From contig NC_088308.1 in assembly GCF_910592395.1 (NCBI RefSeq), positions 1,798,001-1,862,000 on the forward strand: a stretch of DNA of 64,000 bases, written 5' to 3'. This document shows, in pieces, positions 1 to 12,300 of this stretch (its first letter is position 1; each line of letters starts with the position of its first letter). Origin of the DNA: Lineus longissimus (lineage: Eukaryota). The notes below the pieces were generated by a model. It was not told where the DNA came from. It did not search any database and was given only the letters and a program-made list of their open reading frames with translations. A program made the translations under genes and the position numbers.

Positions 1-229
1 AAACTTGTCGTTTGACTTTCCGAGCAAGTGCGGAGTCGGGCAATTTTATCAGTAAGGTAAAGGGTATACAAGGTATCTTCAGTGAGAATGTGGACAGGAT
101 CACTCAGATTGTTCTTAGGGCAGGGGCCACACAGGGAAGAGATATTGAGTAGGTCATTCATTGGTGGGTCCTAAAATGCCATTCCTTTCGGGAGGGATAG
201 TTCATATCAGAGATAACAGTCATAATTAC

Positions 230-317
230 CAACGCCCTTGATCTCATTTGGCACAATGCATCGGATAAAGTGGGGCGAGGTGGTGTACAGGTTCTTGATA
301 AGTTTGTTTAGAGATTC
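230..317 (-). CDS. Mhc: Mhc alternative exon, post-loop-2 cluster variant C ([30 protein letters not shown])
   Basis: 88 nt, cccatcag| acceptor, |gtaatt donor, phase 0 to 1, same length and phase as the other two variants. Confidence 0.93.
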
Positions 318-3300
318 CTGATGGGAAAAAGTTGTATAGATTAGAGCATGCGGGTTTTGACAATTCTTGTCTGTTCTTCCATAAACTGGATGTTGGGTTT
401 ATAGCAGGTTGGCTCATTTTGGCTTCAACGTGGCAGAGGAAATTGGCCAGAACAGCCACATGCAGTTGTAGTGCGCGTCGCGTCGTTGGCAGCAGAAGCG
501 CAGTCATTTCGCGACTTGGCGAGGCATATCCAATTGGCAGGGTCGGATAGTTGCCAGCCTTATTTGGAGGGGTGGTAATTCATATCACAAGGCAAGCTCG
601 TAATCGTGTTCTTACCGGCGGCTTTTATCTCATTTGGTACAATACAGCGGATAAAGTGGGGTTGGGTGCAGTACAAGTTCTTGATAAGTTTGTTAAGAGA
701 TTCCTGGTGGAAAAAAAGGAATAGTAGGATTAGATCAGGCGAGTTCCGCCAGTTCTTCCTGTCTTGCCATGAACCAGTTAGACTAGGGAGATTTGCCTAT
801 TCAGGTGTAAAACAGATGAGAAGTGTTGATGGAGATATAGGAATGGACGTGAAAGAGGAGCAGTGTGCGTTACAGTGGAACGTTGTGTTGCAGCACTTAC
901 ACCGCGGTTGGTGGGGCGACAGAGTCGACAAGGGGTGGGGACAAGAGACTACTTGTAGAGGGGAGGTGGTTAATCCTATGCATACACAATTGACCAGGGA
1001 AAGAAGTCACGCCATTTTTAGATGTCTGGATGGGGTTTCACACATACCTTGCATCAGTCCGGTGCACTACCGTAATTGACCAATAACCTTGCTCTTGTAC
1101 GGGGTTGGAGATTTGGTGGGATGGGTGCACACTTGTGGGGAACTCAGAAGACGGGTAATGGCGTATGCAGAGTTTTTACGGGGCCACGCCAAGAAATGGG
1201 CATTCATCACAGAAGTATCGCCGAATGTTTTATAGGGGTCACACCACTCAAGGGGTCACTCTTTCTAGACAGTTTCTTGGGGACACACAACAATACAATG
1301 AAAAGAAAGGGTCAAACTATTTCGTATAAAGTCGTGTAGGTCTAGGGGTAACTCTAAGGTGGTTAATGTTCCTTGGTTTATTTGGCGTAGTACTCAACCT
1401 CCGTTGGAGGGGACATATACACGGCCAAACCAACAGGAAGAGTATTATCAAATCAATCCACCAACATGACTGGCATTGCAGGCTGTCGAGATTGACAAGT
1501 TAGGGTTGGGACAGCTAAAAACCGGGTTACAATACTCTGGGCAAAGAGGAAAAGTGGCTCGTTTTGAGTTCAGGAGTTGGTCAAGGTGTTGATCACTCGG
1601 GGGAAGATACTTCGACTGGGGGGTGCTACAGATCAAACCGGTGAGAGAGATAACCGATTGATCTTACGGGGAGAGAGGGGGGCACGCTGATCTCAGATGG
1701 GGCCACTCGGGTTCAAAACAGGTGAATCGGCGACTTCGGGGCCTTGGCCCCATGTTGCTGATCATGCCGCGGGTTTCTCTCGATGGAGATTCTTACCACA
1801 CGCTTTGTGCTCATTAGGCACCAAGCAACGGATGAAGTTAGGTTGAGTGGTGTACAAGTTCTTGACAAGTTTGTTCAGAGACTCCTAATGGGGGAAAAGT
1901 GATAAAATAGCAATTTTACAACGAGAAGAGACGTAGTGCTTTCAGAGGTGCATTATTCGCGCTGCTGGAAAAAATAGTTCATTAATAGGGAAAATGCCAT
2001 ATATATATATCGTAAACAATATTATCAAACTTAAACTGACAAGATCATAAAGTATTCATAAGAAAATGGAATGGTATTTCACAATAAAGTGTATGATAAT
2101 ATACACCGTAGTGTCATTGACGATAATTCAATTCAAAAGCTACGAGATGAAAAATGTATCAATATAATGTACGAATGTACCAACTTTATGCACTTTCTAA
2201 CTTAAGCAATTATCATTAGGTCATCAATCTAAATTTTAGCAATTTTCGATTCGATGTATCATAAATGTGAATATGTAACGATCATCTAAACTACGATAAT
2301 AGTATCTGAGAAAACGGTGTTCCATTTTATAATAGGAGTCAAAAGACTGGTTGAGAAGAACCAGAAGTGATTTTCACTTATCTCATTTTCAAATGGGATG
2401 GTGGATTTGATCATGGATTTCGTTTTGAAAGGGCGTCAGAGTGGCTACACTGGTTAGGTTCACTGTTCTCTGAGATACAACTTTAACACATTTCTATCGA
2501 ATAAGAGATACACACTCATGCAAAAAGGATGCATTAATGTCAAGAATACAATACGTGTATGTCCGAATTAACCTCGTATCCAGTTGGAAACTTGTCCAAA
2601 ATCGTACATTAAAGTAACAATAGATACGTATAGGATGGGGTTACATCGGACACACCGTATGGGTTCACGACAACACGCTTGTGGATCATCGGCGATGCTA
2701 CGCTGACCAGGACAATACAGTAAGTGACGAGTCCAAGGACTGGCGCGGCGATGCATCGCCAAAATGACGAAGGGGCTCACACAGGGTACTAGTAATCTGG
2801 GGCAATAGATAGAGGTGATACTGATAAGCTATATCGGAATATGCATCAGTCGCCATTAGTTGGAACTGTTTCGTGATATTTCGATGTAGACTCGCCATTT
2901 TTAAGGTGTGAGACAGCTTGTCAAACGTGCTTCACGTGTAGGTGGGAATCGTTAATAAAATGGTATGCTGAATCTCCGCAAAAAATGTGTGGGGATCATT
3001 CGGTCATAGACGCGAATTTCCATGGTGGATACATTCAGCAAACCGGTGGGTTGTATCACAATATCATTTCCAAATCCTGGTAGAATTTGAAAAATGACTT
3101 TACCATTGGGAGACACATGTAGGGGTGCATTCTTAGGGATGTAGAGGGTTCACTCGGGGTTGCATTACATTTCTCATTGCTTTTAAATGATACAGCTTCT
3201 CTGCCGTCAAGAAGGGGAGTTATCAGACTCGCTCAGAAAATGTTCATATCAATATATAAACTCTAGTGACAGGAATATTTCTATATCATTTTTCACGATA

Positions 3301-6300
3301 TGGAATTAAAGGAAGATAAGGGGCCCGGCCCTTTGGTCATCTCTTGGAATGTTTTCTAACGTCTCTTTTAACGTTCTCATGAATCCTCCGCGAATACGTC
3401 TCCTTTGGGACGATTGCTAATCGCACTGTGTTTTCAAAACCTGAGATCTGAAAAAGGTCGCATTGACTAAGCGGTGCCTAATGAGCTAAGATTGCAACAC
3501 ACTTTTTCTATAACTCGCTATAACGGAAGAACTGGGTAGACTCACAGCAAAAAGAGAAATGGTAATTGACAGGCCACCTAAGGAATTGGAGGACTGCCTA
3601 GATACACAGTGCTATAGAGACTTTACTGAACCGCCCACTGCAATGTAAGCGGAATGTGAGGCAAAGAGAAGCATTTCAAGATCATGTTATAATCGCAGTC
3701 ACTGATGCATCAACATCAAAAGCCATGAGTAGAACTGCTTTCTCCTCAGCATTGGGCGATTCAGAGTCATTCTTACAGCAAAGGGCGGGTGGGTCAAATG
3801 AACTGAAGGGATGGTTGTCTGACACGCGGGACAGAGAAGGGTGTAGGTATGTTGGACACGTGGACGCGATCATGCTCGGTTTATGGGGGATTTTATAATT
3901 GTGTACCCTGTGGGTAGCGGAGATCGTGGACATGGATGAACCCTTCCTCTTCTTCTTGGGAGTGGAGCCATCTGGAAAATGAACACAGAATACGCATAAC
4001 AGAATTGTGTTAAAAGAACCATGCCCCGTGACAAAGGACGGATGTGATTTGACCAAATGCCATTTACCTATATCTGAGGTGTGGGCCGGAAAAATCGCCA
4101 TACATGTTTAGATTTCATGTTTTAGGTGAAATGAGCGAAAATGGTGCATGTTTGCATCTGGGGTTATTGGCCTCAGATATTTGGAGAATGGCTTTGCTAC
4201 TCATCCATCCCGATGTAGAAGTTTGAAATGTCCTACGGGATATAATGTCCGCCCGGGTCAACAAAGGATTCTATAACGCGCTTTTAATGTCGAAGGTATT
4301 GACAGTCATGGCCACTATTGAACCATATGTACCATATTCCGTCGGTCGGACGCTTTTCCTGGGGGACATTTTCTACTTCTACACCGGCATCAAAATAATC
4401 TAAACAGAACAAATCAAGCATAACAACAGAGAATAACAGTCTATCTAAGAACGTAAAGCTATAGCCATGTCAATAATGCAATCTAGGGTTGTCTGCCTCG
4501 AAGAAGTACCAAGAAGACCTAGGTCCAAACCCTTGAGTAGTACCACGAAATAATGTGCAAAACATGTAACATCACACTATCCGATTGGATAGAATGGGCA
4601 TACAGACATATCACCATTAAGGCCAATGAGTCATTCATTCTGAATAGGAATGGTAATTTGAGAGAGAAGAAAACTTCAAAGAAATAATACCGCTATTTTG
4701 ACGTCTGTGTTTCATAAAAAGGCATGTCAAATGTCCCCTTACAAAGCTTAGATCTAAAATCAGCGGTTTTTCGAGACTGTTCTTTCAATTTGGCTCAAGT
4801 GACTCGGCGCCTTGGCATGGCCTGTCTGATGGCTATGTTCCTTGGGAAGCTGTGGGCAGAGACATGTTTGTTCGTTTATGCGTCACACATCAGTAGGGAG
4901 ACACGGGTGGCCCGTCAATTCTGTGCAGCCAAATCTTCATATTTTGGATTGGTGTCCGATTATTTTGAAAATCTTGTTTCGACCATTACAGCAGCCTGTT
5001 TCTGGTACTGTCGCATGCCGTGAATGGTGTCGCTGATGCTCGTACCCTTTGTCAGGCAATTGTGCTTGATTTTCCCTCCAATACTTCAGCAATAACAGAC
5101 GAGGGGCGAGTATTGGGTGTGGTAACAAGGCAACGAACCACACTTTTATTCTCTAGGCTGGGTTCAGGTCCTATTTGACGACAAAGCTTCGGTCAGCAAC
5201 AACTTTGCTTTTGATTTCTGTAATTTTACGGTATAAGCACCAGAGCAACAACGAGCTGCTCATACCGCCCCACTCAATCAGTGTTATAATGAGCTCATGA
5301 TCCCCATTTCAGACAAGGAAGTTGTTTCCTTATCTCAAGCCCTTCAAAAGATTCAAACCACACGGTATCGAAGACCGAGTTCGAATCCCCACAATCAGAC
5401 AACGACATCTTTCAGGCAATCCAAAATTAACAGAGCCAGCCGTGCGCTCCGTACTGAGTGCTTTGACTTGGCAAATACCCCTCGTGTTTCTAAGATAGAG
5501 TGTCGTTCCCTGATGTGTTAAGCATGAGCAAAGGATCAAACATGCCCTACCCTGTGCACATATGACACCGTCATGAAGCTTGAGCCCTTCTTCTTCTTCT
5601 TACCAACGTTACCACTGCCGTCACCTTTGCAGGTTAAAATACAATGAAAAACATTGTAGCAGGTGGAAGTGCACCTCCAAGATAATACTCATGTGACGAT
5701 AACTTGGATCTGACTTGGTACCTTCTGTAAACTTGCAGACTTCTTTGGCAATCTCGATTCACTTATAAAACCTTGGCTACTTTCTTTCAATACCAATAGA
5801 TGTTGGGATTACGTGTGAACTTGTGCGTGTCATTGCACATCACCCATCTCTAAAGACGATACCAGCCACCAAAGAGCATCTATCATGGACCAATTCTCGT
5901 TTAGGCCTATTCAAAAGTTCAATAGTTACTGGCAAAGCAGTCTTTACACATTTCAGTGACTATTTAGTGTATTTCAGAAGTAATTTAATGCTCACTTACG
6001 AAAATGCTTTCTGAGTAAGAGGCAACAAAGTACTAGTGGTCCCAAGTAGAGGAATGTGTCTACCGATCTACTTGGTATAAACCACACTTTGCAGGCAAAC
6101 AACTGCCTTGTTTTCTAGGTATCGTCAAAAATAGGCCTGCTTCATTTCCATAAAAATAACGTTAACTAAACATACATTAACTGAAAGAGATGATCATATA
6201 AAGACGACTTCAAATATATAAAGGTATTTCACACGGAAGGGTTTTACACACGGTAGAGGGTTTCACACGGTAAGGAGTTCACGCAAAGTTGAATGACATA

Positions 6301-9300
6301 GAATAATGGAATATCAGAGGGTGAGGTTTTCACACGGTAAAGGTTTTCACACGGTAAAGGTATTTCACACGGTAAAGGTTTACGGTAAAGGTATTTCACA
6401 GGATAAAGGTAAAGGATAAAGGTATATTTTACACGGTAAAGGTATTTCACACGTTACACGGACTGGTGGTAGGTAGGTTAGGTAGAACATTAGGATTGGA
6501 ATAATCTATTGGATCACACGGTGTACACACTTATGTCACGCTTGCAAGCACGGAGCAGGAGAACACAGGGAACGGGAATCTTCTTACGGGTTTTTATTAA
6601 AGTCGTTTGGTGAGTGAGACCATCGGATCTGTAACTGACTGTAAGTGTTTCTCCGATTCGTCGATGCCAAGGCCATATTGATTGAAGTTTGGTGTCTATA
6701 CCGCATACGCAGTTTAGAGACCGTTTCGACAGACGTCCAAGGTGTTCGGCTTTGTTTACGATGCTTTGCTTTATACGGCCAGAGTCCTCGAGCAACATCC
6801 GCTCTCGAAGTCGCCTATGTAAGTAGAAGCCCTAAGGCTCAAACATTGGCGATAGGATAACTATATCATTTTTCCATATTTGGGACATTCTTTCGGATTC
6901 GTATCCAAGCGTCTCAGCGTCAGGATTATACAGTTGTTCGACGGATTCAAGGTTTTTAAATCTGATTTCGAACATATTAGACAATGTCATTTTGATTATT
7001 GCTCAAAGATTGCTTTCAGAGATTTGCGGGGTTACAGACAGTAACAAGGGCCTCGATCGTTTGTTCAAAGCTGCGAAGGACTGTAAGTCTGTAACAGCTA
7101 GAACACGCCACATGAGGTACTATCTTAGGAAGTCACTTTCTATACAGCTTCCCCGGAACCAGATCTTGTAGCCGATCATTGTGAACAGCTGACGAATTGA
7201 GTCACTTGGGATGGCAACTCAAGAGGGCATATGTTACAACAAAAGTCGGCACTCAATCTGGTTCAGATGAAGCTGTCACATAACAATAGACAAATAATAA
7301 GCTTTGAAATTAAAAATAAAAAGTGTAAGATACTTTAATAATCATGCCCTTGCATTGAATATGCTATTGTTGATTTCTTGTTTTGATACTTATTATCACC
7401 ATGTTTGGTATTTCAGTTTGAAATATAAAGGAGGGGAGGATAGGGAGGGGAGGGAGGAGCACACAATGTGAGAGAAATCTTTAACCAGTTGGATATATCT
7501 TTTGTTTGCAAATTGAAGATTTCTAAACTGATAATCTGTCAGTTTCCATTGCTTGTCCTGAGATGTCGTCTAACTGATTATGTCAGAATGTTTGTCATAT
7601 GGGGAACACACACAAACATGCTAAGTACACTCATTGAAAAAAACGGTTTTTGAGCCTAACGAAATTCCTTTAGAGGTTTTTGCCGACACAAATATGCCCC
7701 CCTTGGAGGTTTTGGCAAAATCTCAGGATCTCAGAATCCTTTAGGTGTTTTTCTTTTACCGAAGAACCTCCAAGGATGCGCATCTGTGTTGGCCAAAATT
7801 CCAGATCAAAAAGCCATATTTCTATGAGTGAAGTGAGCACTCGGGCGACTTAATCGCTAACCAAGGTCCACTCGACGGAGTCACGACCTGCTTGTGGGTC
7901 AAAGCGAGTACTACACTCAGACCGAGGCATGTGGGTTTTAGGGAGCCACAACTTGAAACAAGTCGTTTGCCAAGTACAGTGGGAATTCTTTGGGATGGGA
8001 AGGTTTTGGTAAAGGTGCGAGGATCTTTCATAGCATATTTTAGGATTAGTGCATGCTGAGATTATTATTCTTCCATACCGTCAACGGGCTCGGCAAAGAG
8101 AAGAGCGGTCAGGTGTTCCTTTGATGACTGCATGACAGTGATTACGTTCTCGTTCAAGGGATCCTTGTTCTTGTCCAACCAGCCGCTGATGTTGTAGTTC
8201 ACCTGTCGAAAAAACACAAGATAATAAGCTTTCCTCGGAGCGAAGGCCGTTAGAATGACGAATCGTCGATCATCATCATCATCATCATCTTGTTGTAGTC
8301 GAAGGTCTACGTCCTGTTTGACAAATTCCAGTCGATATCGCAGCAAAGGAACAACGCTTTTAAGCTGATGATTGATATCAGCTTCATCATTTACATTTTT
8401 TTTTTCTAAAACTACTGTTCAGTTACTGTACACATGTTGACCTTCTTCGAAAACACCAAATTATACGATTGTAGAAGAATCGTTGGAAATGTGAAATTCC
8501 TAAATCTCTTCAAATTTGCGGAAAATTCCGAGTTCCAAACGACATTTCTCATTGACGATGAGAAGAGTACGGGTAATGAGATATATGCAAAGGGTATAAG
8601 CATAATTATATACAGGAATCTATACTTACAGTTCCGGCATAATGGTTGAGACCGAAATGAGCCTCAGACTGGCCTGGCTTTGGTGGTTTTGGCTTTCCGA
8701 AGTTGTTCGACTTTCCTAGATGGTTGTCGTACAGCTTGTTCTTGAAGGTGACGTCGGAAGCTTTGGGGAACATGCACTCCTCTTCAAGGATGGACAAGAT
8801 ACCCATGGGCTGGAAATAAAACAAGCATCAGTGGCAAAGTAAAAAAGAGTCAACTAAAAGCGGACGTACAATTTTGGCGGCGGAACTTCCGAAACCTTAA
8901 AGGGTCTACGCTGTTCATCACAAAAACCGAGTGTATTTCCAGTGATATTCTTGCAGTCTAGGAGACATTCTTTGGACGCTATTGGGTAGTGGAAACTATG
9001 CTCACCTTCTCAATCAAGTCAATGCAAGCCTGCAAGTCCATACCGAAGTCAATGAAGTCCCACTTGATACCTTCCTTCTTGTACTCTTCCTGCTCGAGCA
9101 CGAACATGTGATGGTTGAAGAACTGTTGGAGACGCTCGTTGGTGTAGTTGATGCAAAGCTGCTCAAAACCGTTGAACTGAAAGGGGATAGACCAAGTGAC
9201 ATTACTGAAGACGGTGTACTGAAGACGAAGCAACGTATTTCTCAAAACATAGGTAAATATTACATGGTTGTAGCGTAGTGCAGTAACTGGACACACGCCG

Positions 9301-12300
9301 ACCATCGCGGCGAAGACTTACTGTTCCCGGGGGAGGAATCGCAAACTTACATCGAAGATCTCGAATCCGGCGATATCCAACACACCAATGAACCACTGTC
9401 TCTTCTGCTTGGTGTCAAGGGTCTTGTTTACACGGACGACCAGCCACTTGAACATCCTGTCGTAGAGGGACTTGGCAAGGGCTCCAACAGTGTTCGTCAC
9501 CTGAATGAGGTTCTGGGCCTTGTTGACGAACTCTGTGCCGACCTTAATCTTTGGCTTCAGGATAGCCTTCATGAGATCGTTTGAGTTGACACCAACGAGG
9601 AAGGCAACCTTTTCTGCCTCTGTAATGTAGAAACAGTATTACGTTAAATGCTAAAACTTAACTGTGAAATCGTCAGTTCATGAGTTCAAAATGCGTTCAA
9701 CTACAAGGGAGTAACATCTTCCGATCACACATTTAGTAACATGCAAACGACCATCGCATTTTCCAGATGATGAATCGAACCAATTACCCTTGGATTGTGA
9801 GCCAAACACATTATAACCAATACACACTGCGCGTTTGACCAGTGGTTTGATGGGTACCTACCGGTGGTTCCATCTGCCTCAGCCTGCTCCTCTCGGCCTC
9901 TCTGCTTGAACTTCATTTCACCCATATGCATGATAGAGGAAGTGCACTTGTACAAGCTCAATTTCTCATCAGTAGTGAAGCCAAGAGTGTCAAAGGAACT
10001 CTGGAACAGACAAGAATGTATTTTAAGAGCGAGACGCATTTGAAAAGCATTATACCAAGTCGTACGGCGCTGTGGTATATTATTCGATCAGGATGCCGCG
10101 ACTTTTTCTTCTTCCTCTTGATGTCTCACTCAAAGGACCACGCAACAGCGGTTTTCTGTCTGAGAGTCGAGCCATAACTTCGTGATTTTGAGCGTTCTAA
10201 CTACTATGACACTGGTCTACCCTTAGCTACAACAAATTAAACGCTCGTGTCCAAGCTACTCACATCAGTTATGCCCATCTCCTCTTCGTCATCGATGTTG
10301 TCGACGGTCAAGGCTCCCTGGTTGATGAAGGAGTAGAGTCCAGCATCGGGTTGGACAAGGCATTTCTCTGTAAAAATCCAAATCAAACCGAATAAGAGAA
10401 AGTAGCAAGACCGTATTATATAATTAGAAATCATCATAACGGATGTCTTGTCAGCACGGGTTACCCATCTGTGATGCATGTTGTAAAACATGAAGAGCTG
10501 GTAAGATGTGAAATGAAAAATGAAATTTAACGGGCGACGGCCAAATTTAGGGCGGGCACGGACGAGAAGCGTCTTTTAGATGTTATCTGATCTATTGGTT
10601 GGACAATGGGGTAACTCACCGTGCAGTTCAGGTAACTGCGGGGACAACAACTGGTAGAAAATGTGGTAGTTTCTCTCAGCAGGCTGCTGGAAGATTACAC
10701 GAGATTTCTCCAGTAGGTCTGAAAAAAAGATGGCGAATAAAGAACATGGACACCAAGAAGAAATACATTCTGAAGTTTAGAGGTGGTCTCTCCGTAGTTT
10801 TATACTCCGTACGTACGCATTGTCTTATTGCCAAGCAATCTCAAACATGAAGGAAACACACTATATATATCAAGATACTTGCTGTACAGATCAGCACACG
10901 AGTAGGCACATTCCTCAACAGCGGTAAGGTTCGTGTTCGATCTCCCGACATCGTTGATCAGTGTCCGGCAATCTCTAAAGACTCGGTCTTGTTAAAGGTG
11001 ATATCAGACAAGAGTGGCTGTTTTATAGTGAAGGCTAAGGTCAAAATAATGCTGACGAAAGGACCGGGCCCCTTAAGTTGATAATACGTACACTGTTCAA
11101 TGTCAGCTCCAGCGATTTTACCACTGCTGCCGAAATGGATACGGATGAATTTACCCTGTTTTGGGAAGGAAAAGCAATAAGTTAGTCTCGATGATAATAT
11201 GATGTGAGGTTTGGATTTACTTTTTATGCAGCAGAAATGAAATTTTAAAAAAACGTGGGTCCGTCACGAGTTTTTAGTTCGTTCATATCATATTCCACGG
11301 GTTGTCTCAAATCGATTTGGCTGGAGCAGGTAGTGTTGGTTCAAACCCCTGATCAATTTTAATTCAGCTTGGGCATTATATTGGACGACTCGAGTGCGTC
11401 GCATTACATGTTACATTTACTAGTATATCGTTGAGATAATTTACTAGTAAATGCTTTGCCTTTTCCACACCACACCTAGAAGGTTAGAGGGAGGAGGATG
11501 GGGTATCACGCCTTACCTTTTTTATGAGTTAGCATGCATTTCATTGAATATACCAAAAGAGACAATAGGCTTCCACGAACAGTGTACCTCCACATAATTT
11601 ATCCCCTATCCAAGGGCATCCAGTAGGTGTTCATACCAGCAATGTTATACTGATGCCAATGAAGAATTCTACGCAAAGATAAACTCAGTTAGGTAATTTT
11701 GATCTGTTTGGTGCTCGACCATCACTTTCTGTGTGAAATGAGTCCAAAGAATTTCTGCTTCCCAGCCGTCCAAAAGAAATGGCGAGTAAAGTTTGACCAT
11801 CACTTACGAAACGAGAGGAGTTATTGTTCCTGACTGTCTTGGCATTGCCAAAAGCCTCCAACACAGGATTAGCCTGGATAATCTGATCTTCTAGGTTTCC
11901 AGCCTATAGGAACGAGGATTGAATAGGAAGGGTTAACGGAGTGAAGGATGGATGATACACCGACCGACACTAGAGTGTCGCCGAGGAGAGGTGGTGGTTA
12001 GAACACGCAGAGGTTAATCAGCAGTCTGCAGAGATGAACCGTCACGAGGGTGATGATCCATCTCTCCAGTAGTATAAGCATAAAGCTTACATAATTCATG
12101 GATATTTGAATTTCAGGAAGGTCGACCGCTGGTGGTCTCTCTTTTAAAAGTCTTCAGTCTGGTTTTTCATAATTTCGAACCGCTTTCGACTAATCTTATG
12201 AACTGTTACAAACCCAATGCTGATTAACCTCGTTAAGATGGTGTTAGGTGGCAAAGGATAACACTCTGAAGATTCTTCGCTGAAAGAAAACTGGGGAAGG

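Noticed and set aside
1520..1600. [15 protein letters not shown] resembles a fourth ESLNKL..T.P exon
   Set aside because: No acceptor AG at the required position, no FIRC/PNE motif and no donor; chance similarity or a fully decayed copy.
3310..3450. Minus-strand acceptor-like site and [12 protein letters not shown], reminiscent of a third loop-2 exon
   Set aside because: The loop-2-like frame does not fit the available acceptors and there is no suitable donor.
522..3599. Second possible duplex aggcatatccaatt (522-535) with aattggaggactgcct (3584-3599)
   Set aside because: Only 7+5 bp with an internal loop, and not nested with the variant C pairing; too weak to call.
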